DNA of 64,000 nucleotides from Candidatus Heimdallarchaeota archaeon (GCA_018238545.1 JABCTC010000008.1:1-64000); one strand, 5' to 3'; counted from the stretch's first letter, positions 49,411 through 58,805 are shown. Notes: generated by a model from the letters alone, not told the origin. Translations and numbers: made by a program.

Positions 49411-50119
49411 ATAGAGGAGGAAGGAGAGTACCAGGAAGGGAAGCAATGTTTTGGGCAGCATTACTATGTGTGTTAACCTTCTGCCCACACTTCTTACAGG
49501 GAGCAACATCATATTGGTTTCGACCACGAACTAGTGTTCCTCCACAGCCATAGTGCAGAGTGCTGGTGTGATAAGGAAGAACTGATTCTAATTGCACATC
49601 ATAGCCTAGCTCTTGAGAAGCTAACCTTACTGCTTTCTTGTAGATGAACAAACTGTCAGGCATGGTGTAAATAGCTTTTGCTAAAGCTCCTTTAGTACCA
49701 GTAGGGTCAACTGTGAGTTGCTCAACCTTCAATTTTTTACACTGTTTTTTCATCATAACAGCAGCAAGAAAGTGGGGAAGGAGACGAGTAAGTTCGCGAA
49801 GAAGTCTCGACCGTCGAGTATATAGCCTGTTGAGCTCACCTAGTAACTTACAACAACCATGAGCATCACCTGCTTTACGCTTGCTAAGCAACCCACGATG
49901 GAGTTCGGGGAGAACTTTATCACTAAGATGAGTATAGTTTTTAGCCAAGTGCAGCAAATCAGGAGGGAGAGAAAGAGGAATATTAAATGCTACCATGTGT
50001 TTCCCTAAACGGTTGATATCTATACCTAGAATAGCTTGTTTCCTTCCAGCTATCTGGGGGAGATAGGTGTGGAGAAGGGTAGAGGAGTGGAAACGAGCAA
50101 TTTTTCTTCTTTTTCTCAT
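49409..50119 (-). CDS. Truncated TnpB (RuvC + zinc finger only)
   Basis: ILGIDIN, KVEQL, PYHTSTLHYGC..CKKC, NTHSNAAQNIA. Confidence 0.8.
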   Translation of the reverse strand: MRKRRKIARFHSSTLLHTYLPQIAGRKQAILGIDINRLGKHMVAFNIPLSLPPDLLHLAKNYTHLSDKVLPELHRGLLSKRKAGDAHGCCKLLGELNRLYTRRSRLLRELTRLLPHFLAAVMMKKQCKKLKVEQLTVDPTGTKGALAKAIYTMPDSLFIYKKAVRLASQELGYDVQLESVLPYHTSTLHYGCGGTLVRGRNQYDVAPCKKCGQKVNTHSNAAQNIASLPGTLLPPL

Positions 50120-50181
50120 CTTCTTAGGATATTTGATGATACTCCTTACATTCTTGCTACCACCCCAATTCTTACTAATAT
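50095..50181 (-). pseudogene. tnpA 5' remnant
   Basis: Reads ILVRIGVVARM*GVSSNILRR*EKEEKLL vs MLVRIGIAAKLQGVSASTLRRWEKEEKYL. Confidence 0.85.
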
Positions 50182-50354
50182 GTTTTCTTTTCTCACTATT
50201 TGGTCAAAAGTATATCTCACCTCTCCTCCTACGGCAAGATTGGATAGGTTTTTGTTCTTCAGTAGATTAAGGTTGTTAATAAAAATAAAATAAAAATAGT
50301 TTGAGAGGTAGAATTTGTACCAACTCCTCTCGTTTTAGAATGGTAAAAGTGAAA

Positions 50355-51254
50355 CTATTGTTGTTCACTCATGAATTTTTTAAGACGATCTAATTCCTTC
50401 AACATTTCTTTGCGTAGTGCTGCAATCGAAGTGCTCTTTGCGAACAAATCTCCTTCTCCTCCTTCTGGAGTTGAAGATGGTGCAATTGCTGGTGCAGGTG
50501 GTTTAGGTGTTGGCATGCTAGGTGCTGGAATTGAGGGTGTCACTGTTCCAGACTTAGGTGCAGTTGGCATTGGTGGTGATGGAATTGCAGTTGGGGGTGG
50601 AATTTTTCCAATTGATGGTGGCATTGGTGGGCTTGGTGGAGCTGCAGCTGCTGAAGTTGGCATTGGTGGTGTTGGAGGAGCTCCAGCGTCTTTCTTTTTC
50701 TTTTTCTCCTTCTTAACCTTCTTTTCCTTAGCAGGTTTAGTTGGAGGAGCTGGAGGAGCAGTTGTTGGAACAGCGGCAGGAGTTTCTATTTTTTCTTCTC
50801 CCTTAATTTTACTGAGATAGTCTCCTTGCATTTTCTTTAGTTCTTGCTCTAATTGCGATACTTCTGCTTCTCTTGCAGTTTTCTCAATTTCATCTTCAAT
50901 CTTCTTTACATCTGATGTGTATCTTACAGATAATCTTGTGAATATGCTTTCACCAATTTCTTTCTTTTTGTGAGCATCTGACAATGCACGTTGCGCTCCT
51001 AAAAATTTAGCTTTTTCAATTTTTAAAATTGCAATCCTCTCTGCTGGTGGGATATCAGACGGTACAGGTCGATCTGTTTCCAAGTCCATATCTAGCAAAG
51101 TTGGTGAGTCTCTTTTCTTGTAAACTTTTGTTGAAATGGCTACTGCTATAGCAGATAAAATGAAAAATACTATTATCAAATATATAAGCATCTTAAGACC
51201 TGAATCGGTCATGCTAGCTGGGGGTAAATCTCTGAACCAATCTGTAATTGTCAT
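50355..51254 (-). CDS. Single-pass membrane protein with coiled coil, Lys run, Pro-rich region and C-terminal amphipathic helix
   Basis: TM near the N-terminus; KEKKVKKEKKKKK; repeated PPxPPMP; PTAP; SIAALRKEMLKELDRLKK. Confidence 0.75.
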   Translation of the reverse strand: MTITDWFRDLPPASMTDSGLKMLIYLIIVFFILSAIAVAISTKVYKKRDSPTLLDMDLETDRPVPSDIPPAERIAILKIEKAKFLGAQRALSDAHKKKEIGESIFTRLSVRYTSDVKKIEDEIEKTAREAEVSQLEQELKKMQGDYLSKIKGEEKIETPAAVPTTAPPAPPTKPAKEKKVKKEKKKKKDAGAPPTPPMPTSAAAAPPSPPMPPSIGKIPPPTAIPSPPMPTAPKSGTVTPSIPAPSMPTPKPPAPAIAPSSTPEGGEGDLFAKSTSIAALRKEMLKELDRLKKFMSEQQ

Positions 51255-51422
51255 ATCCTTGCCTCTTGAAATTTTAGTTAAATATAATCTTTTTATTTCT
51301 TTCTCTGTCTATTAAGTATGAAATTATGGTTAATAAACTCTATTACTGTTGCCATGGCATCTGTGCTTAATATAGCTGAATCGTGATGTAAAAATTGTAG
51401 AATAAAAGAAATTTCATTTTGA

Positions 51423-52076
51423 TTATTGTTCCTTTTTTGTTTCCAAAATTGCTTTTACTCTCTTAAGTCTGGAAAATGTTTCTCTTTCTTGTTCCTCAAG
51501 TGTACTAGCAATAAAAGTAGCAATTGCCTTTAATTTTGGAATAAGTATATAATTTAATGCGTTAACTCTCCTCTTTGTTTTGTTGATTTCAGTTGCTAAC
51601 TTTTCTAGTAATGTCATTTTTTCTGCAATAACCATCAATGTACGTAAGGATTTGCGAAAATGAACAATCGCTCTATCGAGTTGAGCACTCGAACTAGCTA
51701 ATCCGTAAAAGATGTCATTACTGTCTTTTTCTTCTTCTTCAACTATAAATCTGGGTGATTTTACTCCCATTATACTTACGGTTTGTGTTTTAATTTCTAA
51801 AACTGCTGGCGCATATTGTGCAAGATCCCGGATTTTATCTGGTCCTACAATCATTTCTGCTTTAGCTAACGATTGATATGCGATTAATAGTTCATCTTCA
51901 AATTTCTTTCTCGCAACACGTACTTCATCTTTGATGGCATATAATTCAATAACTAAAGCATCCATTTTTTCTTTGAGGAGATCATGCCCTTTTTGAGCTA
52001 AACGGGTTCTGGATCTTGTATTCAGTAGCTCCATTCTAGTTGCGCTAATTGTACCAAATTCAGGAGTTGCCATCAA
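51423..52076 (-). CDS. atpD: A/V-type ATP synthase subunit D
   Basis: TRMEL..AQKGHDLLKEK, TKRRVNALNYILIP, RLKRVK. Confidence 0.94.
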   Translation of the reverse strand: MMATPEFGTISATRMELLNTRSRTRLAQKGHDLLKEKMDALVIELYAIKDEVRVARKKFEDELLIAYQSLAKAEMIVGPDKIRDLAQYAPAVLEIKTQTVSIMGVKSPRFIVEEEEKDSNDIFYGLASSSAQLDRAIVHFRKSLRTLMVIAEKMTLLEKLATEINKTKRRVNALNYILIPKLKAIATFIASTLEEQERETFSRLKRVKAILETKKEQ

Positions 52077-52212
52077 AAAAAACAGAGTTAATTATATTAT
52101 ATAGTTTTTGATTAGTAGAAGACAGTTAACAATTGTCTTTCTTTGTGTTTAATGGAAAGACATTTTATCTGATACAATTTCTTTTATTAAAGCAGACAAG
52201 TGTGAAAAAGAA

Positions 52213-52818
52213 ATGGCAAATAGTGAAATCTTTGATAGAACAAAAGATTCTAATGAGCTGGTTTTCCCAGGAACTCGTTTAGCAGTAACAGAAGAGTTTA
52301 TTGCAGGACCTGGTACTTATTCAACAGAAGATTACATCTATTCTTCAGTTGCAGGGCTTGTTATAATAGATTTAGGAAAACATGAAATTACAGTTATGCC
52401 TAAAGCTAAAATGACCCCTGTTCCCAAAAACAATGCAATCGTTCTTGGCAAAGTGGTGAATGTTTCGCGTCAAGTAGTTACTGTATCAGTATTTTCAATT
52501 GAAAATCAAGAAATCTATCCAACATATACCATGGTTATACATATTTCAAGTATCTCTCGCGAATATTTAGAAACAATTGATGAAGCAATCTGTTCAGGCG
52601 ACATTGTACGTGCAAAAATTCTTGATTCAAAAACCATACCCCTTCAAGGATCCTTAATTAGTTCTCAACTTGGAGTCATACAATCTAATTGCTCAATATG
52701 CGGAGCAAAGTTAAATAAAATTGGAAGAAATAAGTTGAAATGTTCCAGATGTTCAAACATTGAAGGTAGAAAAACTGCAATTGATTTTGGCAGTGGGCAT
52801 TTGGGGTATAAACTCTAA
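52213..52818 (+). CDS. csl4: Exosome cap subunit Csl4
   Basis: VFPG..EEFIAGPGTY, GDIVRAK, LGVI..CSIC..CSRC..RK. Confidence 0.92.
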   Translation: MANSEIFDRTKDSNELVFPGTRLAVTEEFIAGPGTYSTEDYIYSSVAGLVIIDLGKHEITVMPKAKMTPVPKNNAIVLGKVVNVSRQVVTVSVFSIENQEIYPTYTMVIHISSISREYLETIDEAICSGDIVRAKILDSKTIPLQGSLISSQLGVIQSNCSICGAKLNKIGRNKLKCSRCSNIEGRKTAIDFGSGHLGYKL

Positions 52819-52836
52819 ATATTATTAAACACTCTC

Positions 52837-53535
52837 TTGGTGATTATCTTGACTAAAGCAACTACAAAAGATGTACACATAAGTCTTTCAAATAAAGATC
52901 ATCTCCAGTTCTTTATTGAGGTTTTGTCCAAAGCACTAGAACATGTAGAGTTTATCCTAAACTATAAACAAGGTGGAATAAAAGTTCGCCTTTTTGGAGA
53001 ACGAGAAACTGTGTTACAATCTGTCGAAATCGTAAAAACATTTGGAAAGATGATATCAAATTCTGTTACTCCAGATAATGATGGTTATTATGCTCATCAT
53101 TTACGAATCATTCAACAAATAAGTACAAAAATCATTTCTTTGGATAGTTTAAGTTCAGTTCTACAGTATTCTGGTGTACCGTCCTATCAAGAAGATAAAG
53201 AATTAATCACAAAAGCAGATATGAACCTAGTTCAAAAGGTTCTCGAAGAATTGTTTGACATTCTCCAAAACATACCTCTAGATGTTAGATCACAAACTAT
53301 GAAGAAAGTAGTTCTAACAGTTTCGTATTGCACAAATTATGAACCTGCCTTCATTATAAATCAAGGATTAGAATATGGTTTATTCAAGTATCAGAGAGAA
53401 ACGTTAGCCATAGCAGAACCTCCAGAAAAATGCATTGAGGATTTAATTGAAAAATTATCTTCTGAAAATGTAAAAGCTAAATATGAAGTTTTTAGGAAAA
53501 GTAGAAAATCTACTGATTTTCATCTCATCAGGTAA
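52837..53535 (+). CDS. Hypothetical protein (DUF2067-like by synteny)
   Basis: IKVRLFG; lies between csl4 and rpoL. Confidence 0.5.
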   Translation: MVIILTKATTKDVHISLSNKDHLQFFIEVLSKALEHVEFILNYKQGGIKVRLFGERETVLQSVEIVKTFGKMISNSVTPDNDGYYAHHLRIIQQISTKIISLDSLSSVLQYSGVPSYQEDKELITKADMNLVQKVLEELFDILQNIPLDVRSQTMKKVVLTVSYCTNYEPAFIINQGLEYGLFKYQRETLAIAEPPEKCIEDLIEKLSSENVKAKYEVFRKSRKSTDFHLIR

Positions 53536-53607
53536 ATAATAGTTTAAAACACAAGACTGATAAAATATATAAATTCGATAATAACAGAAACAGCTGAGGA
53601 AGAAAAA

Positions 53608-53892
53608 TTGCAAATCAAAATTATAAAAAATGAAGAAGGGTATCTTAAGCTTCAAATCACAGATACTGATCCACATACTTTATTCAACTTATTACGTGAG
53701 GAACTCTTAAAAGATGATAAAGTAGATTTTGCAGGATATTGGAGAGACGAATCTTTTTACGAATCACTCATATTCCAGCTCAGAATGAATAAGAAAACTT
53801 CTGATCCTATTCAAGCAATCAACGAAGCTCTCGAACGCATCGGTGTTCATACAAAGGAATTCATTGATTTGTGCAAAGCTAAAATTGAGTAA
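53608..53892 (+). CDS. rpoL: RNA polymerase subunit Rpo11 (L)
   Basis: HTLFNLLREELL..VDFAGY. Confidence 0.88.
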   Translation: MQIKIIKNEEGYLKLQITDTDPHTLFNLLREELLKDDKVDFAGYWRDESFYESLIFQLRMNKKTSDPIQAINEALERIGVHTKEFIDLCKAKIE

Positions 53893-53894
53893 AT

Positions 53895-54338
53895 GTGGTG
53901 GTCTTTTTGGACTCACCTAATAACCTTCCCTTAAATTTAAAGAACATCCTTTCTAATAGCAATTTTGCTAAATTTGGTGATTCACTGGTTAACTTTCTTT
54001 ATAATGTAGCTATATTTGAAGCAACCAAGAACCTTCAAGGTGTAAAAGTCTGGGATCAAAGCCTCGCAGAAGCATGTAGAAATTCTCCATTAAGAAGTTA
54101 CCTGGGAGGAAGAAAAAATGCAGGGGAGCTAGGAGATGCCGTAGAAGCTTTTCTTGGTTTTTTGTATATTAAAAACCCACTTGTGCTTCCTGAGATGATA
54201 ACAACACTTTCACGCTTTATTCGTAATAATAGTCATCTGTATCAGAAAAACGAAAAAAAACTCTGTTCAGCAGCATTTTCACATTTGATAAATTATTATT
54301 GCAAGAAAAATGATATCTTAGTTAATAAAACAATTTAA
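53895..54338 (+). CDS. Archaeal ribonuclease III-like protein
   Basis: AKFGDSLVNF, GDAVEA. Confidence 0.8.
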   Translation: MVVFLDSPNNLPLNLKNILSNSNFAKFGDSLVNFLYNVAIFEATKNLQGVKVWDQSLAEACRNSPLRSYLGGRKNAGELGDAVEAFLGFLYIKNPLVLPEMITTLSRFIRNNSHLYQKNEKKLCSAAFSHLINYYCKKNDILVNKTI

Positions 54339-54340
54339 CA

Positions 54341-54946
54341 TCATATCTTATAATTTTTGAAACTTTGACCAATCATATCAGCTAACCTAAGACATTCAGG
54401 AACCGAACTTGAATAGGTCGAAATCTCAATAATCTCTCTTACTTGTTCCGTATTGGTAAACCCTACCTGCTGGAAGAATTTTTTGTATTGTTTTCCAATC
54501 TGGTTCTTGAACAATATTTCTTCGATCGGTGGATTAGAGCTAAGAACATTGTATCTCTCATTCCAATTCTCTAAATTCGAAAGAGCAGTTTTTACGTCTT
54601 CTTCATTAGGAAGTGTAGATAAAATTGTAATAACAGGTATTTTTGTAATGTCAAACAACTTCCTCAAATCGATAATGTTAAACGCCGCTATAGTGGAACT
54701 ACCCAATATAATTGCTCTCAATTGTGTAACATATTTACTGGATGCAATCATCTCACTGATTTTTTCTGTAGCATCCCAACCATCAACCTCGACCATTGTC
54801 CTTAATATCCCTTCAACAAGATTATACCCTCTGACAATCACACCAAAAACAAATGCATTCTTTGATGTTTTTCTTTGAAAAGCTGCATCATCAACCCCAA
54901 TTGTTCTAATACAATCTTTCATTATTTTGTGATTGTTTCTATTCAT
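54341..54946 (-). CDS. DUF99 / endonuclease V-like protein
   Basis: IGVDDA, VDGWDAT, FNIID, PECLRLA. Confidence 0.85.
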   Translation of the reverse strand: MNRNNHKIMKDCIRTIGVDDAAFQRKTSKNAFVFGVIVRGYNLVEGILRTMVEVDGWDATEKISEMIASSKYVTQLRAIILGSSTIAAFNIIDLRKLFDITKIPVITILSTLPNEEDVKTALSNLENWNERYNVLSSNPPIEEILFKNQIGKQYKKFFQQVGFTNTEQVREIIEISTYSSSVPECLRLADMIGQSFKNYKI

Positions 54947-54991
54947 TAAGTAACTTTTTAAATATAAACTATAGAAAGATTACTGATTCTA

Positions 54992-55780
54992 ATGAGTAGA
55001 CGAAACCTTCCTGAACACGGCGCCTTAGTAATAGGTACTGTAAAACAGATCTTTGGTCATGGTGTATATGTTAACTTAGATGAGTATGAGGATTTACAAG
55101 CCTATTGTCATGTATCTGAAGTTAGTTCTACATGGGTTAGGAATATCAGAAACGTAATGCGAATTGGTAAAAAGGTTGTCGGGCGTGTTATGCGTGTTAA
55201 AGAGAATCAAATTGATATAAGCATCAAAAGGGTTTCTGATGGTTTGAAAAGAAAGAAAGTGGAAGAATGGAAGCACTATAAAACCGCTATCACACTTCTA
55301 GAAATGGGTGCAAAGCAAAGAAAAATAGATTTTGAAGTAGCTAGAAGTGAAGTTGAAGATGTTGCTTCAGAATATTATGGTAGCCTATATCAAGCATTGG
55401 AGGAATCTTTATTCAAAGGAGAAGTTGCTTTTACTGAAGCTGATATCTCTGAAGAATGGGCTTCTGTTCTAACTCAAATAGCAAAAAAGAATCTCACAAT
55501 CCCAAAAGTGAATATTACAAGAGACATTGAGATTATTTGCTGGGAAAGCAATGGCATTGTGTTAATCCGCGAAGCGTTGCAAAAAGCAAAAGATGCTAGA
55601 AAAGATGTTGAAGCTGAAGATGAAGAGTTAGATATGGGAGTTTATGTCAGAGGAGCACCCATCTACAGATTCGTGATTTCTGCCCGTGATTATGGATTAG
55701 CTGAAGCATTAGTATCTAAAGCAATTGAGACAGTTGAGCAAACCTTAGAAGGATACAAGGCCACAGTAAAGGTTCTTTAA
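54992..55780 (+). CDS. Translation initiation factor aIF2 alpha
   Basis: S1 domain HVSEVSSTWVRNIR, IDISIKRV, GAPIYR. Confidence 0.94.
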   Translation: MSRRNLPEHGALVIGTVKQIFGHGVYVNLDEYEDLQAYCHVSEVSSTWVRNIRNVMRIGKKVVGRVMRVKENQIDISIKRVSDGLKRKKVEEWKHYKTAITLLEMGAKQRKIDFEVARSEVEDVASEYYGSLYQALEESLFKGEVAFTEADISEEWASVLTQIAKKNLTIPKVNITRDIEIICWESNGIVLIREALQKAKDARKDVEAEDEELDMGVYVRGAPIYRFVISARDYGLAEALVSKAIETVEQTLEGYKATVKVL

Positions 55781-55799
55781 CCAAATGTGTTGAGATAGA

Positions 55800-55979
55800 A
55801 TGACTAAATCAATCTTCAAATGCATAGAATGTAGCAAATATACTTTACATACAGAAAAATGTCATTCTTGTGGAGGACGTGTTGTTTCACCTCGTCCCGC
55901 TAAATTTTCTATTGAAAAGGAAAAAAAATATTCTTCCTATAGAAGACAGTTGTTAAAAAACAATTTAAACACATCTTAA
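55800..55979 (+). CDS. nop10: H/ACA RNP protein Nop10 (59 aa; not in ORF track)
   Basis: MTKSIFKCIECSKYTL..KCHSCGG..PRPAKFS..YRR; directly after aIF2alpha. Confidence 0.9.
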   Translation: MTKSIFKCIECSKYTLHTEKCHSCGGRVVSPRPAKFSIEKEKKYSSYRRQLLKNNLNTS

Positions 55980-56576
55980 TATTGCTACTTCAATTACATG
56001 ATATCGTTTCTTGTGAAAATGATAGATTTTTGGTATTTCAAATTCTGCCTTTATCGTTTCATCTATGCTTTTATTATTTTTCAAGACAAATTTTCGCAAA
56101 AATTCAACGTTTTTTTCTTGAAATAAATGCAATGAATAACTGACTTTTGAGCTACATAAAGCTGCGTGCAAGAATTCTTGATCCTTTATAGTACCTTTTA
56201 CACCAAAGGGACTGTTCATTAAAACAGTATCAAAATTCATATTTATTTCTCTAACATCTTTTTCGATGAACTCAATTTCAAGCCCAATATTTTCAACATT
56301 TTCTTTTGCAATCTTTAGAGCAGCTGGATCAACCTCAATTGCATAAACTTTCTTAGCACCTAAGATTTTTGCTGCTATTGCGAACAATCCGGTTCCGCTA
56401 CAAAAATCCGCTACAATTTTATTTTTTATATCTCCCAGATGTAAAGCTCTCCACGTTATCATTGCAACCAATCTTGGAGGAGTTTGATATTGTTCTAGAT
56501 GAATTTTAGGTTCTTTGAAATTCACAAACTGTGTTAATTGAATTTCGAGATCTTTTTGTTTCATGTTGAGTTTCAC
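55965..56576 (-). CDS. METTL5-like RNA N6-adenine methyltransferase
   Basis: PKIHLEQYQTP, DFCSGTG, MNSPFG, YHFHKK. Confidence 0.88.
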   Translation of the reverse strand: MKLNMKQKDLEIQLTQFVNFKEPKIHLEQYQTPPRLVAMITWRALHLGDIKNKIVADFCSGTGLFAIAAKILGAKKVYAIEVDPAALKIAKENVENIGLEIEFIEKDVREINMNFDTVLMNSPFGVKGTIKDQEFLHAALCSSKVSYSLHLFQEKNVEFLRKFVLKNNKSIDETIKAEFEIPKIYHFHKKRYHVIEVAILRCV

Positions 56577-57331
56577 TTTTTGCTTTGTTGGTTTTGTTCT
56601 AAAATTGTTTTAAACATCCCAATTAGTGTATGTATTTCTTCTTTCGATGCGAAGCTTCTATTTACTATACTGCGAAATGCATGAATGATATTTGGTTTAC
56701 GATATTCTTCATAATCAATGTTATTTACCAATGATTCAAATAGTGTAAAAAGCATCTCTCTCTCTTTTGACACAGAAACAATAGCTAATTCTGAAGTGTC
56801 TACAACTTCATAGGTTCTTTTCCACACTTCATAAAGTATTATTGCTACAGCATGAGAAATGTTCAGAACCCTTTGTTCTCCTGGGACTGGAATGCTTACA
56901 AGATAATCACACAAACGCAATTCTTCATTAGATAGTCCTCGATCTTCTCTTCCAAAGACGATACCAATCTTACTGCTTAACAAAAACTTTTCATCTGTCC
57001 ATTCCCATGAAAAAGCAGGTTGGCGATAAACATTATATGTTTTACCTGCTTTTGCTGATGTTCCAATCAAAAACGAAAAACGATCTCTTACATCTTGAAA
57101 TTCAGAAAATACTTTTGCATTTTCCAAATAATGCTTAGAATGTCTTGCTCTGTTTCTGGCTTCCTCTGACAAATGATCTACTTGTGGGGAAATAAGGACC
57201 AGTTCAGTTGCATTGAAGTTGTTACAAACTCTTGCAATTGCCCCGATATTGCCTTCGACTTTTGGCTCAATTAAAATGATGCTGCAATTTACTCCTTTGA
57301 TTTCCTTATCCATCATATTCACCAAAATCAA
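56573..57331 (-). CDS. TrmJ-like SPOUT methyltransferase
   Basis: EPKVEGNIGAIAR, FGREDRGLSNEEL, LNISHAV. Confidence 0.9.
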   Translation of the reverse strand: MILVNMMDKEIKGVNCSIILIEPKVEGNIGAIARVCNNFNATELVLISPQVDHLSEEARNRARHSKHYLENAKVFSEFQDVRDRFSFLIGTSAKAGKTYNVYRQPAFSWEWTDEKFLLSSKIGIVFGREDRGLSNEELRLCDYLVSIPVPGEQRVLNISHAVAIILYEVWKRTYEVVDTSELAIVSVSKEREMLFTLFESLVNNIDYEEYRKPNIIHAFRSIVNRSFASKEEIHTLIGMFKTILEQNQQSKK

Positions 57332-57935
57332 ATCTAACTAAATATAGTTTTTCAAAAAACAGTTTCAATTCCTTAATTATTTCAAGATGAACTCCCTTCT
57401 CAGAGATCTCTTCAAAATTGTCTTCATCCCAAGCAATTGAGGAGAAAATGGTATAGAGTGACGTATTTACTTTAGAACTTTGAAGGTAAATAATCAAATC
57501 ATATATCTCTTCATAGCCTCTTTTTCCCCCGGTAAGCATTAATTTGTCAGCAATTGGGAGTTTTTTGGTTTCCGTATCTTCTGGAAGATATGGTGGATTC
57601 CAAATAATTACGTCTGGTGAGAGATACCGTATAGCATTCAGTTTATCCATACATATTACATCTATTTGGCTATCAACTTCATTTAACTTGCAATTTGACT
57701 GAATCATCTTAGTTGCAGTTAATGATATGTCTGATACGAGAAAACTAGCTTTTTCAAAATTTTTAGCAAGAAAAATCGAGATGATTCCAGAACCTCCTCC
57801 AATCTCATAAACTGATTTAATATTCTCGTTTAGATGCAAATTTCTAATAAGAAAAAATGTGTCCTCTGCGGGAAAGTATACTTCTTCTGGTATATCTAAC
57901 TCTAATTTGTATTCTGGGAAATTATATCTGACCAC
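57306..57935 (-). CDS. HemK2/PrmC-like release-factor glutamine methyltransferase
   Basis: VYFPAEDTF, EIGGGSG, WNPPYLP, FFEKL. Confidence 0.88.
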   Translation of the reverse strand: MVRYNFPEYKLELDIPEEVYFPAEDTFFLIRNLHLNENIKSVYEIGGGSGIISIFLAKNFEKASFLVSDISLTATKMIQSNCKLNEVDSQIDVICMDKLNAIRYLSPDVIIWNPPYLPEDTETKKLPIADKLMLTGGKRGYEEIYDLIIYLQSSKVNTSLYTIFSSIAWDEDNFEEISEKGVHLEIIKELKLFFEKLYLVRFDFGEYDG

Positions 57936-58786
57936 AGATCTTCGCCTATCTTCATTTTTAAATTATTATAGAGATAAATTAACTCTTCTAAGGAGAGAGT
58001 GAATATCCTTCGTTCATTATACTTATCGGGTTCTAAAGCAATTTTTATTTTTATATTTGATTGTTTCGCTTTTCTCTTTAATGTATTAGATAAAACGCTC
58101 CTAACAATTTTTTTCTTGTGAGAGAAGAGAAGCGTAACAAATTGACTGAAACCCGTTTCATCTTCAACTAGCTTTTCATTCTTCCTCTGGATGGTCACTA
58201 GTGAAGATTGGATTTTTGGTGCTGGTAAAAATGATGATGGTTTAATGGTCTTGAGGTATTTACACTTAGCTTTCAGATTTATCATGACAGATAGACGAGA
58301 GTAATCTCTAGATCCTGGCTTAGCAAAAAACCTTTGAGCAAACTCTTTTTGATACATGAGAATTGCTAAATCAAATTTGTGTCTTAGAAGCTTAAAAGTG
58401 ATTGGAGAGGATATTTGATAAGGTAAGTTTGAAATACATTTGGTGAATGTTGGAAAATCTATTTTTACGGCATCACCAGTAATAACCTCGAAATTCGATA
58501 CAGAATTATAAGTGTCCTCTAGAAATTTTGCTAATATTCGATCTGCTTCAATTACATACATTTTCTTAACTTTGTTAACTATGCAATGAGTTAAGCTACC
58601 CAATCCCCCCCCTATCTCCAAAATTGTGTCTTTAGAAGAAATATTGGATTGAGCCACTTGAAAATTAATAATATTGGAATTAACTAGAAAATTTTGACCT
58701 TTTTGTTGAGATGGTTTGATATTTAGATGGTTAAGACTATTGATAACGTACGATTTCAATTCGGATGAAGATTTCCAGCAATCCAT
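57902..58786 (-). CDS. rsmA: 16S rRNA dimethyltransferase KsgA/Dim1
   Basis: GQNFL, LEIGGGLG, SNLPYQISSP, QKEFA. Confidence 0.94.
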   Translation of the reverse strand: MDCWKSSSELKSYVINSLNHLNIKPSQQKGQNFLVNSNIINFQVAQSNISSKDTILEIGGGLGSLTHCIVNKVKKMYVIEADRILAKFLEDTYNSVSNFEVITGDAVKIDFPTFTKCISNLPYQISSPITFKLLRHKFDLAILMYQKEFAQRFFAKPGSRDYSRLSVMINLKAKCKYLKTIKPSSFLPAPKIQSSLVTIQRKNEKLVEDETGFSQFVTLLFSHKKKIVRSVLSNTLKRKAKQSNIKIKIALEPDKYNERRIFTLSLEELIYLYNNLKMKIGEDLWSDIISQNTN

Positions 58787-58805
58787 AGCTCAAACCATAT
58801 AGAGT

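Larger units (their letters stand above)
49321..50274 (-). mobile_element. Non-autonomous, internally deleted IS607-family element
   Basis: Left end and tnpA stub homologous to 1541-1704, joined to a TnpB C-terminal region and a structured right end. Confidence 0.85.

Noticed and set aside
50036-50293. Plus-strand ORFs over the left end of the deleted IS
   Set aside because: Antisense to the tnpA remnant
50371-50820. Gly-rich 149-aa plus-strand ORF
   Set aside because: Mirror of the Pro codons in the minus-strand gene
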